NCBI GenBank assembly: GCA_963833985.1
Contig: CAWIAD010000001.1
Span: forward strand, 384,001-448,000
Source: an uncultured Planctomycetaceae bacterium
GTDB taxonomy: Bacteria; Planctomycetota; Planctomycetia; Isosphaerales; Isosphaeraceae
Direction: 5' to 3'
DNA length: 64,000 bases
In this document: piece after piece, positions 21,968 to 32,143 of the stretch
How positions within the stretch are numbered: position 1 is the stretch's first letter
How the letters are laid out: each line of letters starts with the position of its first letter
Made by a program: the position numbers and the translations under genes
Notes under the pieces: model-generated
The model's input: only the letters and a program-made list of their open reading frames with translations
Database searches by the model: none
Told to the model about the DNA's origin: nothing

Positions 21968-22092
21968 TCCCTGGCACTCGCAAAGGTGAACCGATCCTCG
22001 CACGCGGCACCCCCTGGCGCCGCACTTGGGCAAGACCGAGATTGCGGTTATCTTAATGGCAGGATACCGCGAAACCTACCGGGAACACCCTG

Positions 22093-22968
22093 ATGGCAGA
22101 CCCACGCGAACAACTCCTCGTCACCACCGACTGGCTTGCCGAGCATCTGGACGTCCCCGAAACCCAGGTGGTGGACATCCGGGGCTATGTCGTCACCCGG
22201 CCGCTGGCACCCGGCGTCGAGCATGCCGACTACCGGGGCGCGCAGCAAGAATACCTGGCCGGCCACATCCCCGGGGCCGTTTACATCGACTGGACCCGCG
22301 ACATCATCGATCCCGACGATCCCGTGCCGGTGCAGGTGGCTCCCGCGGAACGATTTGCCGCGGCAATGGCCGAGCGCGGGATCGGTGATCAGACGCATGT
22401 TGTGGCCGTGGACCATTCCGGAGGCCAGTTCGCCACCCGGCTCTGGTGGGCCCTGCGGTACTACGGGCACGATGCCGTGAGCGTGCTGGAAGGCGGCTGG
22501 AACCGCTGGGTCGACGAGGGCCGGCCAATCCAGGACAGCAGTCCAGCGCCGCGGCGGGCCCAGTTCACGCCGCGGGTCCACGGTGCGCTTCGCGTCACCG
22601 CCGCGGAGCTGGCCGCGCGGATGGGCCAGCCGGACCTGCAAGTGATCGACGCCCGCGACGCCGGCCAGTACACAGGGGCGCGCCGCCGGGGCCCGCGCGG
22701 GGGCCACATCCCCGGCGCCTTCAACCTGCCGCGCGAACTATTCTTCGCCCCGGAGGGGGGATTTCTTCCGCTCGACGAGCTCCGCACCCGCGTTGCGCAG
22801 GCCGGGCTTGCTTCGGACCGTCCCCTCGTGGCCTACTGCAACGGCGGAGTCGCCGCCACCGTCGTGCTGTTCAATCTGGCCCGTCTCGGCTACACCCGCC
22901 TCGCCAATTACGATGGCTCCTGGAACGAGTGGGGGGCCAGGGATGACCTGCCGGTGGAGCGATCGTGA
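22093..22968 (+). CDS. sseA: Thiosulfate/3-mercaptopyruvate sulfurtransferase (tandem rhodanese)
   Basis: GHIPGA twice, YCNGGVAA active loop, YDGSWNEW. Confidence 0.9.
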   Translation: MADPREQLLVTTDWLAEHLDVPETQVVDIRGYVVTRPLAPGVEHADYRGAQQEYLAGHIPGAVYIDWTRDIIDPDDPVPVQVAPAERFAAAMAERGIGDQTHVVAVDHSGGQFATRLWWALRYYGHDAVSVLEGGWNRWVDEGRPIQDSSPAPRRAQFTPRVHGALRVTAAELAARMGQPDLQVIDARDAGQYTGARRRGPRGGHIPGAFNLPRELFFAPEGGFLPLDELRTRVAQAGLASDRPLVAYCNGGVAATVVLFNLARLGYTRLANYDGSWNEWGARDDLPVERS

Positions 22969-23250
22969 GCGTTCCATTCAACGTTGATTCAGGACCTTCT
23001 CGATCTCGCGGCCGAAGAAAGCCACCCTGAGCTGCTGGAAGGCTGCCTGGGTCATGGTCGATTCCGCGATGCCCATCTCCTGTGTGCGCGTTTTCCTCAA
23101 GAAGAATCCCCGCACACTCGGGATGCCTGACGAGGTTTTCCGGATTTTCTCGAGCTCACTGCCACGCGATTCTTCGGGTTCGGCAGGTTCGCAACCGTTC
23201 TTTGCGGGCATTCAGCAGGTTGACGCGGTCCTGGATTCCCGGGAAGCCGC

Positions 23251-23369
23251 TCCTTGTGGGACACGAATCCCGATCGTGTCACTTCTGCGATCTGATGGAC
23301 CAGGAATGGCACGATCGGAATCGTACCCCGAGAACGGGATGGCACGATCGGAATCGTACCCCACGAGGA
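23251..23369. repeat. REP-like inverted repeat with a duplicated right arm
   Basis: CTCCTTGTGGGACACGAATCCCGATCGTGTC pairs with GGCACGATCGGAATCGTACCCC(ACGAGGAG). The right arm occurs twice with a 33-bp period. Confidence 0.75.
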
Positions 23370-23650
23370 GAGTGGCCAGGCAGGGCCCTCAGCCCCGGGC
23401 AAGCGAACGGCAATCCTGTCCAAAGACTTTTGCGGAACTGCTTGGCAGTCAGGGCCTCCGGCTGCCTTTCTCGGAAGTATGCAAGCAACGAGCCAGCATG
23501 CTGCGGCAAGCGCCGATACACCTCTCATCCAGGCTCGCTCGCACGTACGGCAATGACCAGGCTCCCGAGATCGAAGTCAAGCGGCAATTCCGGTTCCGCC
23601 GATAACAACGAACGCAGCGAATCGGTTCTGTGTCCGAGGAGTTCCCGGCC

Positions 23651-24268
23651 ATGTCCTGGCGTGCGAGCTTGCTCTGGCTGGCTCTGGGCATGGCGTCAAG
23701 CGGCTGTGCCAGCGTCACCACAAAGATCACGGGTTCGGCCCGGGCCGGGGCCGAGGAGCTGTTGCTCACGGGCACTTCCGATCGGGCCATCTGCTCCATC
23801 GACTTCCGCCCGCTCGCCGGCCGCCATGTGTTCCTCGAGGCTGGTCAGCTCAGCGCGACCGATTCGGGGTGGATCATCTTCACGCTCCGCCGCGCGATGG
23901 CCCGCGAGGGCGTGCTTTTGGTCGGCGACAAGAAAGACGCGCAGATCGTCGTCGAGGCGGCCGTCGCCGCCTATGGAACCGATGAGGTTGATTGCCGGGT
24001 TTCTCTCCCCAGCACGCTGCCGCTGGGGATGATGCCCATCTCCACCGGCACGTCGGCAACCGGCGGCCTGATCCAGAAGAACCGGCAGGATGCCGTCGTC
24101 AAGCTGGCGCTTTTTGCCTATGACGCGAAGTCCGGACATCTTGTCTGGGAATCCGGCGATGTGATCGAATTCGGCCGGCTCTACCGCCGATTCACTGGCA
24201 CCAGCAACATCAGCCGCGAGACCTCGGAACCCGAGCTGGAGGCCTATCCACCGCGAGGCCTTCCCTGA
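23651..24268 (+). CDS. Planctomycete hypothetical lipoprotein (DUF6655-like)
   Basis: Lipobox-like SSGC, R.G.EELLL, VEA.VAAYGTD, VVKLALFAYD..SG.LVWESG. Confidence 0.7.
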   Translation: MSWRASLLWLALGMASSGCASVTTKITGSARAGAEELLLTGTSDRAICSIDFRPLAGRHVFLEAGQLSATDSGWIIFTLRRAMAREGVLLVGDKKDAQIVVEAAVAAYGTDEVDCRVSLPSTLPLGMMPISTGTSATGGLIQKNRQDAVVKLALFAYDAKSGHLVWESGDVIEFGRLYRRFTGTSNISRETSEPELEAYPPRGLP

Positions 24269-24316
24269 TCGTGACCGAACCGAATGCCGCCCGATCTCCG
24301 CCCGCCACCTACAATC

Positions 24317-24535
24317 GACAGGCAAGAATGCCTGTCCTCCTAGCCTCTCCACTGCCCACTGCCGCCCTGGTGGGCCTCGCCTGCGGCTCGACCCACCCTA
24401 CAAACTGCCGACTGCCTACTGCCCACTGCCGCCTGCCCACTTCCGCCCTGGTGGGCCTCGCCTGCGGCTCGACCCACCCTACAAACTGCCTACTTCCGCC
24501 TGCCCACTTCCGCCTGCCCACTGCCCACTGCCTAC
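24317..24535. repeat. REP cluster: two identical 48-bp GTAG-type REP units embedded in CTGCCYA heptamer repeats
   Basis: 24362..24409 = 24443..24490 (minus strand GTAGGGTGGGTCGAGCCGCAGGCGAGGCCCACC). An additional hairpin GACAGGCAAGAATGCCTGTC lies at 24317. Confidence 0.9.
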
Positions 24536-25815
24536 CGCTCATCAATCGGCACATAATCGACTTCCTGCGGCCCCATATAAAGCTGGCGAGGACGGGCGAT
24601 CTTGTTAGTCGGATCCGCGTTCTGCTCTTTCCAGTGGGCGATCCAGCCGGGCATCCGGCCGATGGCGAAGATGACGGTGAACATGTTTCGCGGTATGCCC
24701 AGCGCCCGCATCATGATGCCGTTATAGAAATCGGCATTGGGGAAAAGGCGGTGGTCCACGAAGTAGGCATCCTTGAGCGCCTGTTCTTCCAGCCGTAATG
24801 CGACGTCGAGCAGCGGGTCGTGGCTCCCCAGCCGGTCAAGCAGCTTGATCGCGGCATCCTTGAGGATGGCCGCGCGGGGGTCGATCTGCTTGTAGAGCCG
24901 GTGACCGAAGCCCTTGAGCCGGAACCCGCTCTTGCTGTCCCTGGCAAGGGCGAGCGTCTGGTCGATGGTCATATCGGCACGCTCGATGGCCTCGAGCATC
25001 TCGACGACGGCGATCGTGGCGCCGCCGTGCACCGGCCCCCAGAGCGAGCAGATTCCCGCGGCGCACGATGCGAACAGGTTCGCGCGGCTGGAGCCGACGA
25101 TCCGGACCGTGGTCGTGCTGCACCCCAGCTCATGGTCGGCGTGCAGGATGAGCACCAGGTTGAGCGCCTCGACGATCTCGGGCGGGGCGATGTGCTCGGC
25201 CAGCGGCTGCGAGAACAGCATGTGCAGGAAATCGCCGGCGTACGATAGCTTGGGATCCGGGTAGACCAGCGGATAGCCCATCGACCGGCGATAGGAATAC
25301 GCCGCGATGGTCCGGGTCTTGCTCAGGAGCCAGGCCGCTTCCTCGTCGAACTCCTCGCCGCCGGTCCCCTGGAGTCGCGGGTAGAAACAGGCCAGGGTGT
25401 TGACCATGGAAGAGAGCATCGCCATGGGCGGCGCGTTGACCGGAAAACCCTCGAAGTGGTGCTTGAACGATTCATGCAGAGACGCGTTGGCTGACACCTG
25501 GGCGCTGAACCGGGTCAACTCCCGCTCGGGCGGCAGCTTGCCATAGATCAGCAAGTAGCTGGTCTCGACGAAATTCGAGTACCTGGCAAGCTGCTCGATG
25601 GGAATGCCGCGATAGCGCAGGATCCCGTTCTCGCCATCCACGTAGGTGATGCCGCTCTCGCAGATCCCGGTGTTGGCGAAACCGGGATCCAGCGTGATCA
25701 GCCCCATGCTGGAGCGCAGGGACGAGATGTCGACGGCCAGCTCACCCTCCGCGCCCTCGACCAGCGGCAGATCGATCGTCTTCTCGCCAAAGCGAAGCTT
25801 CGCGGTACGCCCCAT
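24532..25815 (-). CDS. gltA: Type II citrate synthase (divergent)
   Basis: LDPGF.NT, ILRYRG, LHADHE, HGGA, GFGHR, DPRA, PNADFY, GRMPGWIAHW and RPRQLY. Confidence 0.9.
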   Translation of the reverse strand: MGRTAKLRFGEKTIDLPLVEGAEGELAVDISSLRSSMGLITLDPGFANTGICESGITYVDGENGILRYRGIPIEQLARYSNFVETSYLLIYGKLPPERELTRFSAQVSANASLHESFKHHFEGFPVNAPPMAMLSSMVNTLACFYPRLQGTGGEEFDEEAAWLLSKTRTIAAYSYRRSMGYPLVYPDPKLSYAGDFLHMLFSQPLAEHIAPPEIVEALNLVLILHADHELGCSTTTVRIVGSSRANLFASCAAGICSLWGPVHGGATIAVVEMLEAIERADMTIDQTLALARDSKSGFRLKGFGHRLYKQIDPRAAILKDAAIKLLDRLGSHDPLLDVALRLEEQALKDAYFVDHRLFPNADFYNGIMMRALGIPRNMFTVIFAIGRMPGWIAHWKEQNADPTNKIARPRQLYMGPQEVDYVPIDER

Positions 25816-26221
25816 GGATCTGCGTCCCCCGTCAGGACAGGTGCTGGGAGTTCGTCAGACCGCAATTATACAGGCGATCCGGCGCGGAAAACCAAGGGGC
25901 CGCGATTCCACCGCGGCCGATTCCCTTCCACGCGCGGAAGCAACGCGGAACGCCAGACCCGCGAGGCCAGCAACCCGCCCCTTGGGAAAGGTGGAATCGG
26001 ACCCGGCCATGGGTGCGAGGCTCTTGTCGCTTTCCCGGGCAGAACATAGCTTATACATCTTCGCCGTCTGTGAGCGCTCCGCGTCGGCAGGCCTGCGGGA
26101 ATGGGCCGCGACGCGGGACGAGGGGATGGCGATTCGGTTCCGCCTGCATTGGCTGGACCCCTGCCGTCTGTACCAGGGCGGGTTGCCGGCCCAACCGATC
26201 GAACTGGAGGGAGAATCGCGC

Positions 26222-26857
26222 ATGCGTCCACATGATCCCAGTGATGACGGCGGGCCTCCGGTCCCGAGCCGTCGCGACTTCCTGCGGGGGTCGGGCCTGG
26301 CGGCGGCCTCCGCCGTCCTGACCGGCAGCGCCCAGGCCGCTGTCGAGGAAACCGCCTCGATCCAGGAGGCCGCCCCGAAGATCGTCTCGGGCGAGGTGGA
26401 GATCACGCTGAAGATCAATGGCCAGGAGCGCACGGTCAAGCTCGAGCCGCGCACGACCCTGCTGGACGCGCTGCGGAACCGTCTCGATGTGACGGGTCCC
26501 AAGCGGGTCTGCGACCGGGCAAGCTGCGGCGCCTGCACCACTATTGTCGACGGTGCCACCGTTTATTCCTGCACCACGCTGGCGGTCACCTGCCAGGGCA
26601 AGACAATCGAGACCCTGGAGAGCTTCGAGACCGGCGAACACGGCGTGCCCCACGCGTTCCACCAGAATGACGGGCTCATGTGCGGCTACTGCACGCCGGG
26701 GTTTGTGACCGCCTGCAAGGCCATGCTCGACAAGAACCCCAACCCGACGCTCGAGGAGGTCCGGAAGGGGCTCGACGGCAACATCTGCCGGTGCGGCACT
26801 TACATTGGCGTCCTCCAGGCGGCCCTCGACGCGGCCAAAGCGATGAAAGGAGCCTGA
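26222..26857 (+). CDS. Tat-signal 2Fe-2S subunit of a Mo-hydroxylase (PaoA/YagT-like)
   Basis: SRRDFLRG Tat motif; CDRASCGACT, CGYCTPG and NICRCG. Confidence 0.92.
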   Translation: MRPHDPSDDGGPPVPSRRDFLRGSGLAAASAVLTGSAQAAVEETASIQEAAPKIVSGEVEITLKINGQERTVKLEPRTTLLDALRNRLDVTGPKRVCDRASCGACTTIVDGATVYSCTTLAVTCQGKTIETLESFETGEHGVPHAFHQNDGLMCGYCTPGFVTACKAMLDKNPNPTLEEVRKGLDGNICRCGTYIGVLQAALDAAKAMKGA

Positions 26858-26860
26858 GCT

Positions 26861-29005
26861 ATGGCCCTCACCTGGCCCGAGAATCCCCGCTTGATTGGCA
26901 CCCGGATCACCCGGCTTGATGGCCTGGCCAAGGCATCCGGCCGCGCCAGGTATCCCAGCGACGAACGTCCCGAGGGGACCCTGTTCGCGGTGATGCTGTA
27001 CAGCCCGCACGCGCATGCCAAGATCAAGTCCATCGACATCTCCGCCGCCGAGAAGATGCCCGGAGTGAAAGCGGTGAAGGTGATCGCCGAGGCAGAGGCG
27101 ACCCTCCGCTACCAGGGCGACGATATCGCCGCCGTGGCCGCCGAGACCGAGGAGCAAGCGCGTGACGCCGTCCGCGCCATCAAGGTCACGTACGAGGTGC
27201 TGCCGCACGTCGTCACCGAGCAACAGGCGATGGCCCCGGATGCTCCCAAGGTGTTCTCCGGAGGCAACGTCCGCAAGGGCCGGGCCCAGACCAAGGGGAA
27301 GGCCGAGGACGACATCGGCAAGGCCGAGGTGGTCATCGAGGGCACTTACAGCGTCCCGGTCATCACCCATGTCTGCCTGGAGTCTCACGGACTGACCGCG
27401 AAGTGGGACGGGCCGGACAAGCTGACGGTCTGGTCAAGTACCCAGGCCGTGCAGGTGGTTGCCGGCGAGCTCGCCGAGGCGCTGAGCATCCCGGTGGCGA
27501 ACGTCACCGTGCTCACCGAGTACATGGGCGGCGGGTTCGGCTCCAAGTTCGGGGCCGACGTCTGGGGCCGCACCGCGGCCGAGCTGGCCAAGCAAGCGGG
27601 CCGGCCGGTGAAGCTCTTCCTCGACCGCGTGCAGGAGCATCTCGCGGCGGGCAACCGTCCCAGCGCGACGGCCCGTATCAAGCTGGGAGCGAACAAGGAC
27701 GGCAAGCTCGTGGCGATGATCGCCGAGACCCACGGTACCGGCGGTGCACGGGGCGGATCCAACTTCCCCCTTCCTTATGTCTACGATGTGCCGGCCGCGT
27801 CGCGTACGCACAATGAGGTTTTTGTCAACTGCGGCGGCGCCCGGGCGATGCGTGCTCCAGGCCATCCCCAGGGCTGCGCGCTCATGGAAGCGGCCATGGA
27901 CGACCTGGCCGACAAGCTGGGCATGGACCCGCTCGAGTTCCGGCTCAAGAACCTGGGCGAGGGCGACTTCCGCACGCCGCTCTACCAGGGTGAGGTGAAG
28001 ATGGGCGCCGAGCTCATCGGCTGGCGCGAGAAGCGCAAGCCGCGTGGCCAGAACGGCGGCGGGCCCATCCGCCACGGCCTGGGCATGGCCCTGCACCAGT
28101 GGGGAGGCGGCGGCACCCGCGACAAGAAGGTGAGCTGCACGATCAACCCTGACGGCTCGGTCGAGCTCAAGGCGGCCACCCAGGACATCGGCACGGGCGC
28201 CCGCACGATCCTGGCGATCATCGCGGCCGAAGTGCTGGGGCTCAAGCCCACCGACATCATCTCGAACATCGGCAACTCGTCGTTTCCGCCGGGGCAGCCC
28301 TCGGGCGGATCGACCACCAGCCCGTCGATGGCGCCACCCTGCCTGGACGCCGTCACGAAGGCCCGCGACGCGATGTTCCAGAAGATCGCCGCCAGCGTGC
28401 AGGCCGCGCCCGCGGACCTTCAGCTCAAGGACGGCCAGTTGCTGGTGAAGGGCCAGCCGGCCATGGGCTGGAAGGACGCCTGCCGCAAGCTGCGCATGAC
28501 GTCGGTCACCGAGACCGGCAACGCCGAGGAAGGGCTGGCGGCCTCCGGCGTGGGCGGCTGCCAGTTCGCCGAGGTGACCGTCGATATCGAGACCGGCGTG
28601 GTCCGGGTCAAGAAGATGGTGGCCATTCAGGATTCGGGCCTGATCATCGACAAGCTCACCTGGGAGAGCCAGGTCTACGGCGGAGTGATCATGGGGCTGA
28701 ACTACGGCCTCTTCGAAGAACGGATCATGGATCCGCAAACCGGCGTGATGCTCAACCCCGACATGGAGCTCTACAAGCTGGCAGGCGCCTCGGACATTCC
28801 GGAGATCGTCGTCCGGGCTTACGAGCCGCCCGATCAGAAGGCGCGAGGCGTGATCGGCGTGGGCGAGCCGCCCACGATCGCGACCGCGGCCGCCATTGCC
28901 AACGCGGTGACCAACGCCATCGGCGTGCGTGTTCCCGAGTGGCCGATGACTCCACGGAACGTACTGAACGCCCTGGCCACGGCCTCCAAAGAAGGGAGGG
29001 CATGA
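26861..29005 (+). CDS. Xanthine dehydrogenase family molybdopterin-binding subunit
   Basis: GGGFGSK, AMRAPG, QDIGTG, SGGSTT and GVGEPP. Confidence 0.93.
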   Translation: MALTWPENPRLIGTRITRLDGLAKASGRARYPSDERPEGTLFAVMLYSPHAHAKIKSIDISAAEKMPGVKAVKVIAEAEATLRYQGDDIAAVAAETEEQARDAVRAIKVTYEVLPHVVTEQQAMAPDAPKVFSGGNVRKGRAQTKGKAEDDIGKAEVVIEGTYSVPVITHVCLESHGLTAKWDGPDKLTVWSSTQAVQVVAGELAEALSIPVANVTVLTEYMGGGFGSKFGADVWGRTAAELAKQAGRPVKLFLDRVQEHLAAGNRPSATARIKLGANKDGKLVAMIAETHGTGGARGGSNFPLPYVYDVPAASRTHNEVFVNCGGARAMRAPGHPQGCALMEAAMDDLADKLGMDPLEFRLKNLGEGDFRTPLYQGEVKMGAELIGWREKRKPRGQNGGGPIRHGLGMALHQWGGGGTRDKKVSCTINPDGSVELKAATQDIGTGARTILAIIAAEVLGLKPTDIISNIGNSSFPPGQPSGGSTTSPSMAPPCLDAVTKARDAMFQKIAASVQAAPADLQLKDGQLLVKGQPAMGWKDACRKLRMTSVTETGNAEEGLAASGVGGCQFAEVTVDIETGVVRVKKMVAIQDSGLIIDKLTWESQVYGGVIMGLNYGLFEERIMDPQTGVMLNPDMELYKLAGASDIPEIVVRAYEPPDQKARGVIGVGEPPTIATAAAIANAVTNAIGVRVPEWPMTPRNVLNALATASKEGRA

Positions 29006-29995
29006 TCCTCATGAATGCTTTCGACTTCGCCGCCCCCACCACCGCCGACGAGGCCGTCAAGCTGCTGGACGGCCCGAACACGGCGGCCCTCGCCGGCGGG
29101 ACTGACCTCCTGAGCCGGATCAAGGACCAGGTGAGCACGCCTCAGCGCGTGGTCTACCTGAAGGACATCAAGGCGTGCGCCGGTATCTCCGGCGACGCCG
29201 GCTCGGGAGTGACCATCGGCTCGGGAACGCTGCTGGCCGCCATCGTCGAGCACAAGGACCTGCGCGGCCTACCCTGCGCTCTGGCAGTCGACCTTCGAGG
29301 TCGGCACTCCGCAGATCCGCAACATGGCCACACTGGGCGGCAACCTGCTCCAGCGGCCGCGCTGCTGGTACTTCCGCTCCGGCAACGGGCTGCTCGGCAT
29401 GAAGGACGGCAAGAGCCTGGTCCGCACGGGCGATAACCGCTACCACGCCATCTTCCTGACCGAGGGCGATGCCCTCTACGTCAACCCCTCCAGCCTGGCC
29501 GTCCCGCTCATCGCCCTGGGGGCCACGGCGACCATCAAGGGGCCCAGGGGGGAGCGGACCGTCCCGGTGGAGGCGCTTTACCAGGTTCCGAAGACCGACC
29601 AGGAACGAGAGCTGACCGTCGCACCCGGCGAGCTCCTCACAAAAGTGATGATTCCGCCGGCCCGGGGGAAGAACGCGTCCTACGAGGTGCGCCAGAAGCA
29701 GGCGCATGACTGGCCCCTGGTGCTCGCCTCGGTGCACCTGAACCTGGACGGCGAGCGGGTCTCGGCGGCCCGGGTGGTGGTCTACGGCGTGGCCCCCGTT
29801 CCCTGGAGGAGCAGCGACGCGGAGAAGGCCATCACCGGCAAGCCGGTCACCACCGAGACGGCCTCGGCCGCCGGCGAGGCGGCGACCGCGAGCGCCAGGC
29901 CGCTGTCGATGAACGCCTACAAGGTGGGTCTCACGAAGACCGCGGTCAAGCGTGCGCTGCTGGCCGCCGTGGACAAGCGGTACTGGGAGTATTGA
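29002..29995 (+). CDS. Xanthine dehydrogenase family FAD-binding subunit, frameshift at ~29268
   Basis: AGGTDLL in the first frame; PQIRNMATLGGNLLQRPRCWYFR and GVAPVPWR in the second. Confidence 0.9.
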
Positions 29996-29997
29996 CC

Positions 29998-30225
29998 ATG
30001 GCCAGCCCTGATTCGACCAGCCTGCCGGTCGCCACACCCTGCCACCATCTCCGCAACAAGGGGATGTACGTTTACAGCGACGGCCAGGGCCGCGACGTCC
30101 ATGAAGACTACGACAACACCATCTACTGGTGCATGAAAACCATGAAGGAGTTCGGGCCGGACGACGAGCAGGTCGCCGGTCACGACTGCCGCAACCCGGA
30201 GCGAACCTGCTACGAGCCGATCTGA
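29998..30225 (+). CDS. Small Cys-rich hypothetical protein ending the Mo-hydroxylase operon
   Basis: CHHLRNKGMY..YWC..FGPDD..C..RTCYE; adjacent to the FAD gene and followed by a terminator. Confidence 0.75.
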   Translation: MASPDSTSLPVATPCHHLRNKGMYVYSDGQGRDVHEDYDNTIYWCMKTMKEFGPDDEQVAGHDCRNPERTCYEPI

Positions 30226-30310
30226 TCCGCTCGAATCCCGACCGAGCCTGGCCGATCCGATCAGGCAGCTATGTGGACGGCTTCAAGCTCCTGGCCACTC
30301 TTTTCATGAG

Positions 30311-30350
30311 CCCCGGTTCCGGCCCGTCGCCGCAACCGGGGTTTTTTTTT
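30311..30350 (+). terminator. Rho-independent terminator
   Basis: CCCCGGTT..AACCGGGG stem followed by T9. Confidence 0.85.
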
Positions 30351-30688
30351 GGTGCGCCCGGCGGACGCGCCACGGTTGCCCGGCGGCATCGGGCCGGCGG
30401 GTCACTGCTCGACTTCGACCTTGATGAGAGGTGTGCGGCGCGGCGCGATGCGCGGCCGGGACACGCCCGCCAAAGGGTCCGCCAGGGCCGGCACAACCGC
30501 CAGAGTCCACGGCCACCTGGAGTGAGTGTATGAAAACCCCAGAGAGACTCGATTTTCTTCACGAATCCGTCTTGATGTCGAAGGCTCGAAACGGCATTCT
30601 AATATGCGTCGTTATCCTGGTTGGAGATGACGACAGCTCATTTCCATCTGGACACTTCCCGATCTGATCCAAGAAGGAGTGACGAATC

Positions 30689-30817
30689 ATGGGTGACGCA
30701 CGCGACACCGCGAAGAAAAAGAAGGCCGACGAGAAGAAGGGCAGCAAGACCGCCAAGGCGCCCGCCGCCAAGCCGGCCGCCGAAGCGAAGCCGGCCGCCA
30801 AGGCGGGCAAGAAGTAA
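30689..30817 (+). CDS. 42-aa Lys/Ala-rich small basic protein (absent from the ORF track)
   Basis: AAGGAG RBS; MGDARDTAKKKKADEKKGSKTAKAPAAKPAAEAKPAAKAGKK*; strongly GC3-biased codons. Confidence 0.75.
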   Translation: MGDARDTAKKKKADEKKGSKTAKAPAAKPAAEAKPAAKAGKK

Positions 30818-30913
30818 GGCTGATCGAGCGTTGATCATCCGAATTCGGGCAGGCGGCCGTCATGGCGTTGCAGAGCGTGCCGGCCGCGGCCCGGTTCGCA
30901 GCCGAGGAAACCG

Positions 30914-32064
30914 TCATCGCTTCTTGATCTCCGGGATCGCTCGCTCCGGCTGGCGCCACTCCCGCCGGGTGTCTTCTTCAGTCTCCAGACAGTCGCGGGC
31001 CGCATCCAGGCTGCGTGCCGTCAGTGCCACGGTGAACGGGTGAGAAGGCACGGCGAATTGCTCATCGGAAAGCTGCCAGGCCAGCAGCAGTGCCGACCTG
31101 GCCAGGGCCGCTTCGCCCCCGCTGCTCCAGAACCAGTGCATCCAGAGCAGCATCCGGCGGTAGAGCTCGAGCCGGTGAATGATCCTGTGCTCGAAGAGGA
31201 ACCGGAAGGCCCCTGAATCGCGCTTCGGGTCGGCGGCGACCCGCCCTTCTCGCAAAACGATCTCCTCGGCCATCTCGAAGGTCAGCGGCGAGCGGTCCAG
31301 CCAGGTGGGGCATGCGCTCAGGACCTCGTCAGCCTCCGGCGCAGATCCCGGCCCTCCGGCGGTTCCGCCCCGCCGTCCATGGCCGGAGCCGGGAACGGTG
31401 CTGGCTGGAACCGGTTCCCGAGCGTCTTCTCCAGCCACTCCAGTACGGTCGGCGGCGTATCCGGACCGCTGAGCCAGAAGGTGCCGGCAAGCAGCCTCAG
31501 CGCGAGCTCGCGGTCGCCCGCGATTCCCAGGCTTCCTGCCTCCTGATGTGCCCCTTGCAGCAAGCCTCGGCCGCCCTCCGCGCTGGTCTCTACCTGGCCC
31601 AGCACGCCGGTGATTCCACGCTCCACATCGCAGAGGAACATCGCCGTCGCAGGACCATTCCAGCGTGTCGCCGAGAGCACGATCGAGGCGCGCCCGGCCC
31701 CATCGACGGCAGTCACCAGGCAATCGACCAGGTGGGGCCGATCCACCTCGTCAGACCGGACCAGGACGCCTGGCGGACGCACGCGTGCCCGGGCCGCCAT
31801 GGCGGCGGTTCGGGTCTGGAGGTCCGGCGAAGCGGCCAGAAGCTCCAGTAGCCGGATCACGCCCTCGCCCCGCGGCACGGCGGTGAGACCCTCGATCAGC
31901 TTGACCCTGGTCTCGACGTCAACCGCTTCGAGCCCCTCGCAGGCCTGCCGGCAATCCTCGGGGCTGCGCTCCAGGTCGGCAGCCAGCTCTTCCAGGGAGA
32001 TCGCCGGCACCAGGGGAGCCACCTGCGCCGGGGCCTGCCCGCCAGCCGCCGCCAGGTCATCCAC
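30914..32064 (-). CDS. Hypothetical protein, frameshift at ~31330; start uncertain
   Basis: ORF 31318..32343 (CLVTAVDGAG..FLCDVERGI) continues into ORF 30914..31723 (DEVLSACPTW..HPFTVAL). Confidence 0.6.
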
Positions 32065-32143
32065 GAGCGGGCGCTGTCGCCCTGGATGGAAAGGTTCAAC
32101 GGGGCCGGACTGTTCCAACGTCGTGGCTCCTGAACCCGCGAGA

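Noticed and set aside
24271..24798. ORF with repeated ALVGLACGSTHPTNC peptide
   Set aside because: It is a translation of the REP/heptamer cluster plus the antisense strand of gltA.
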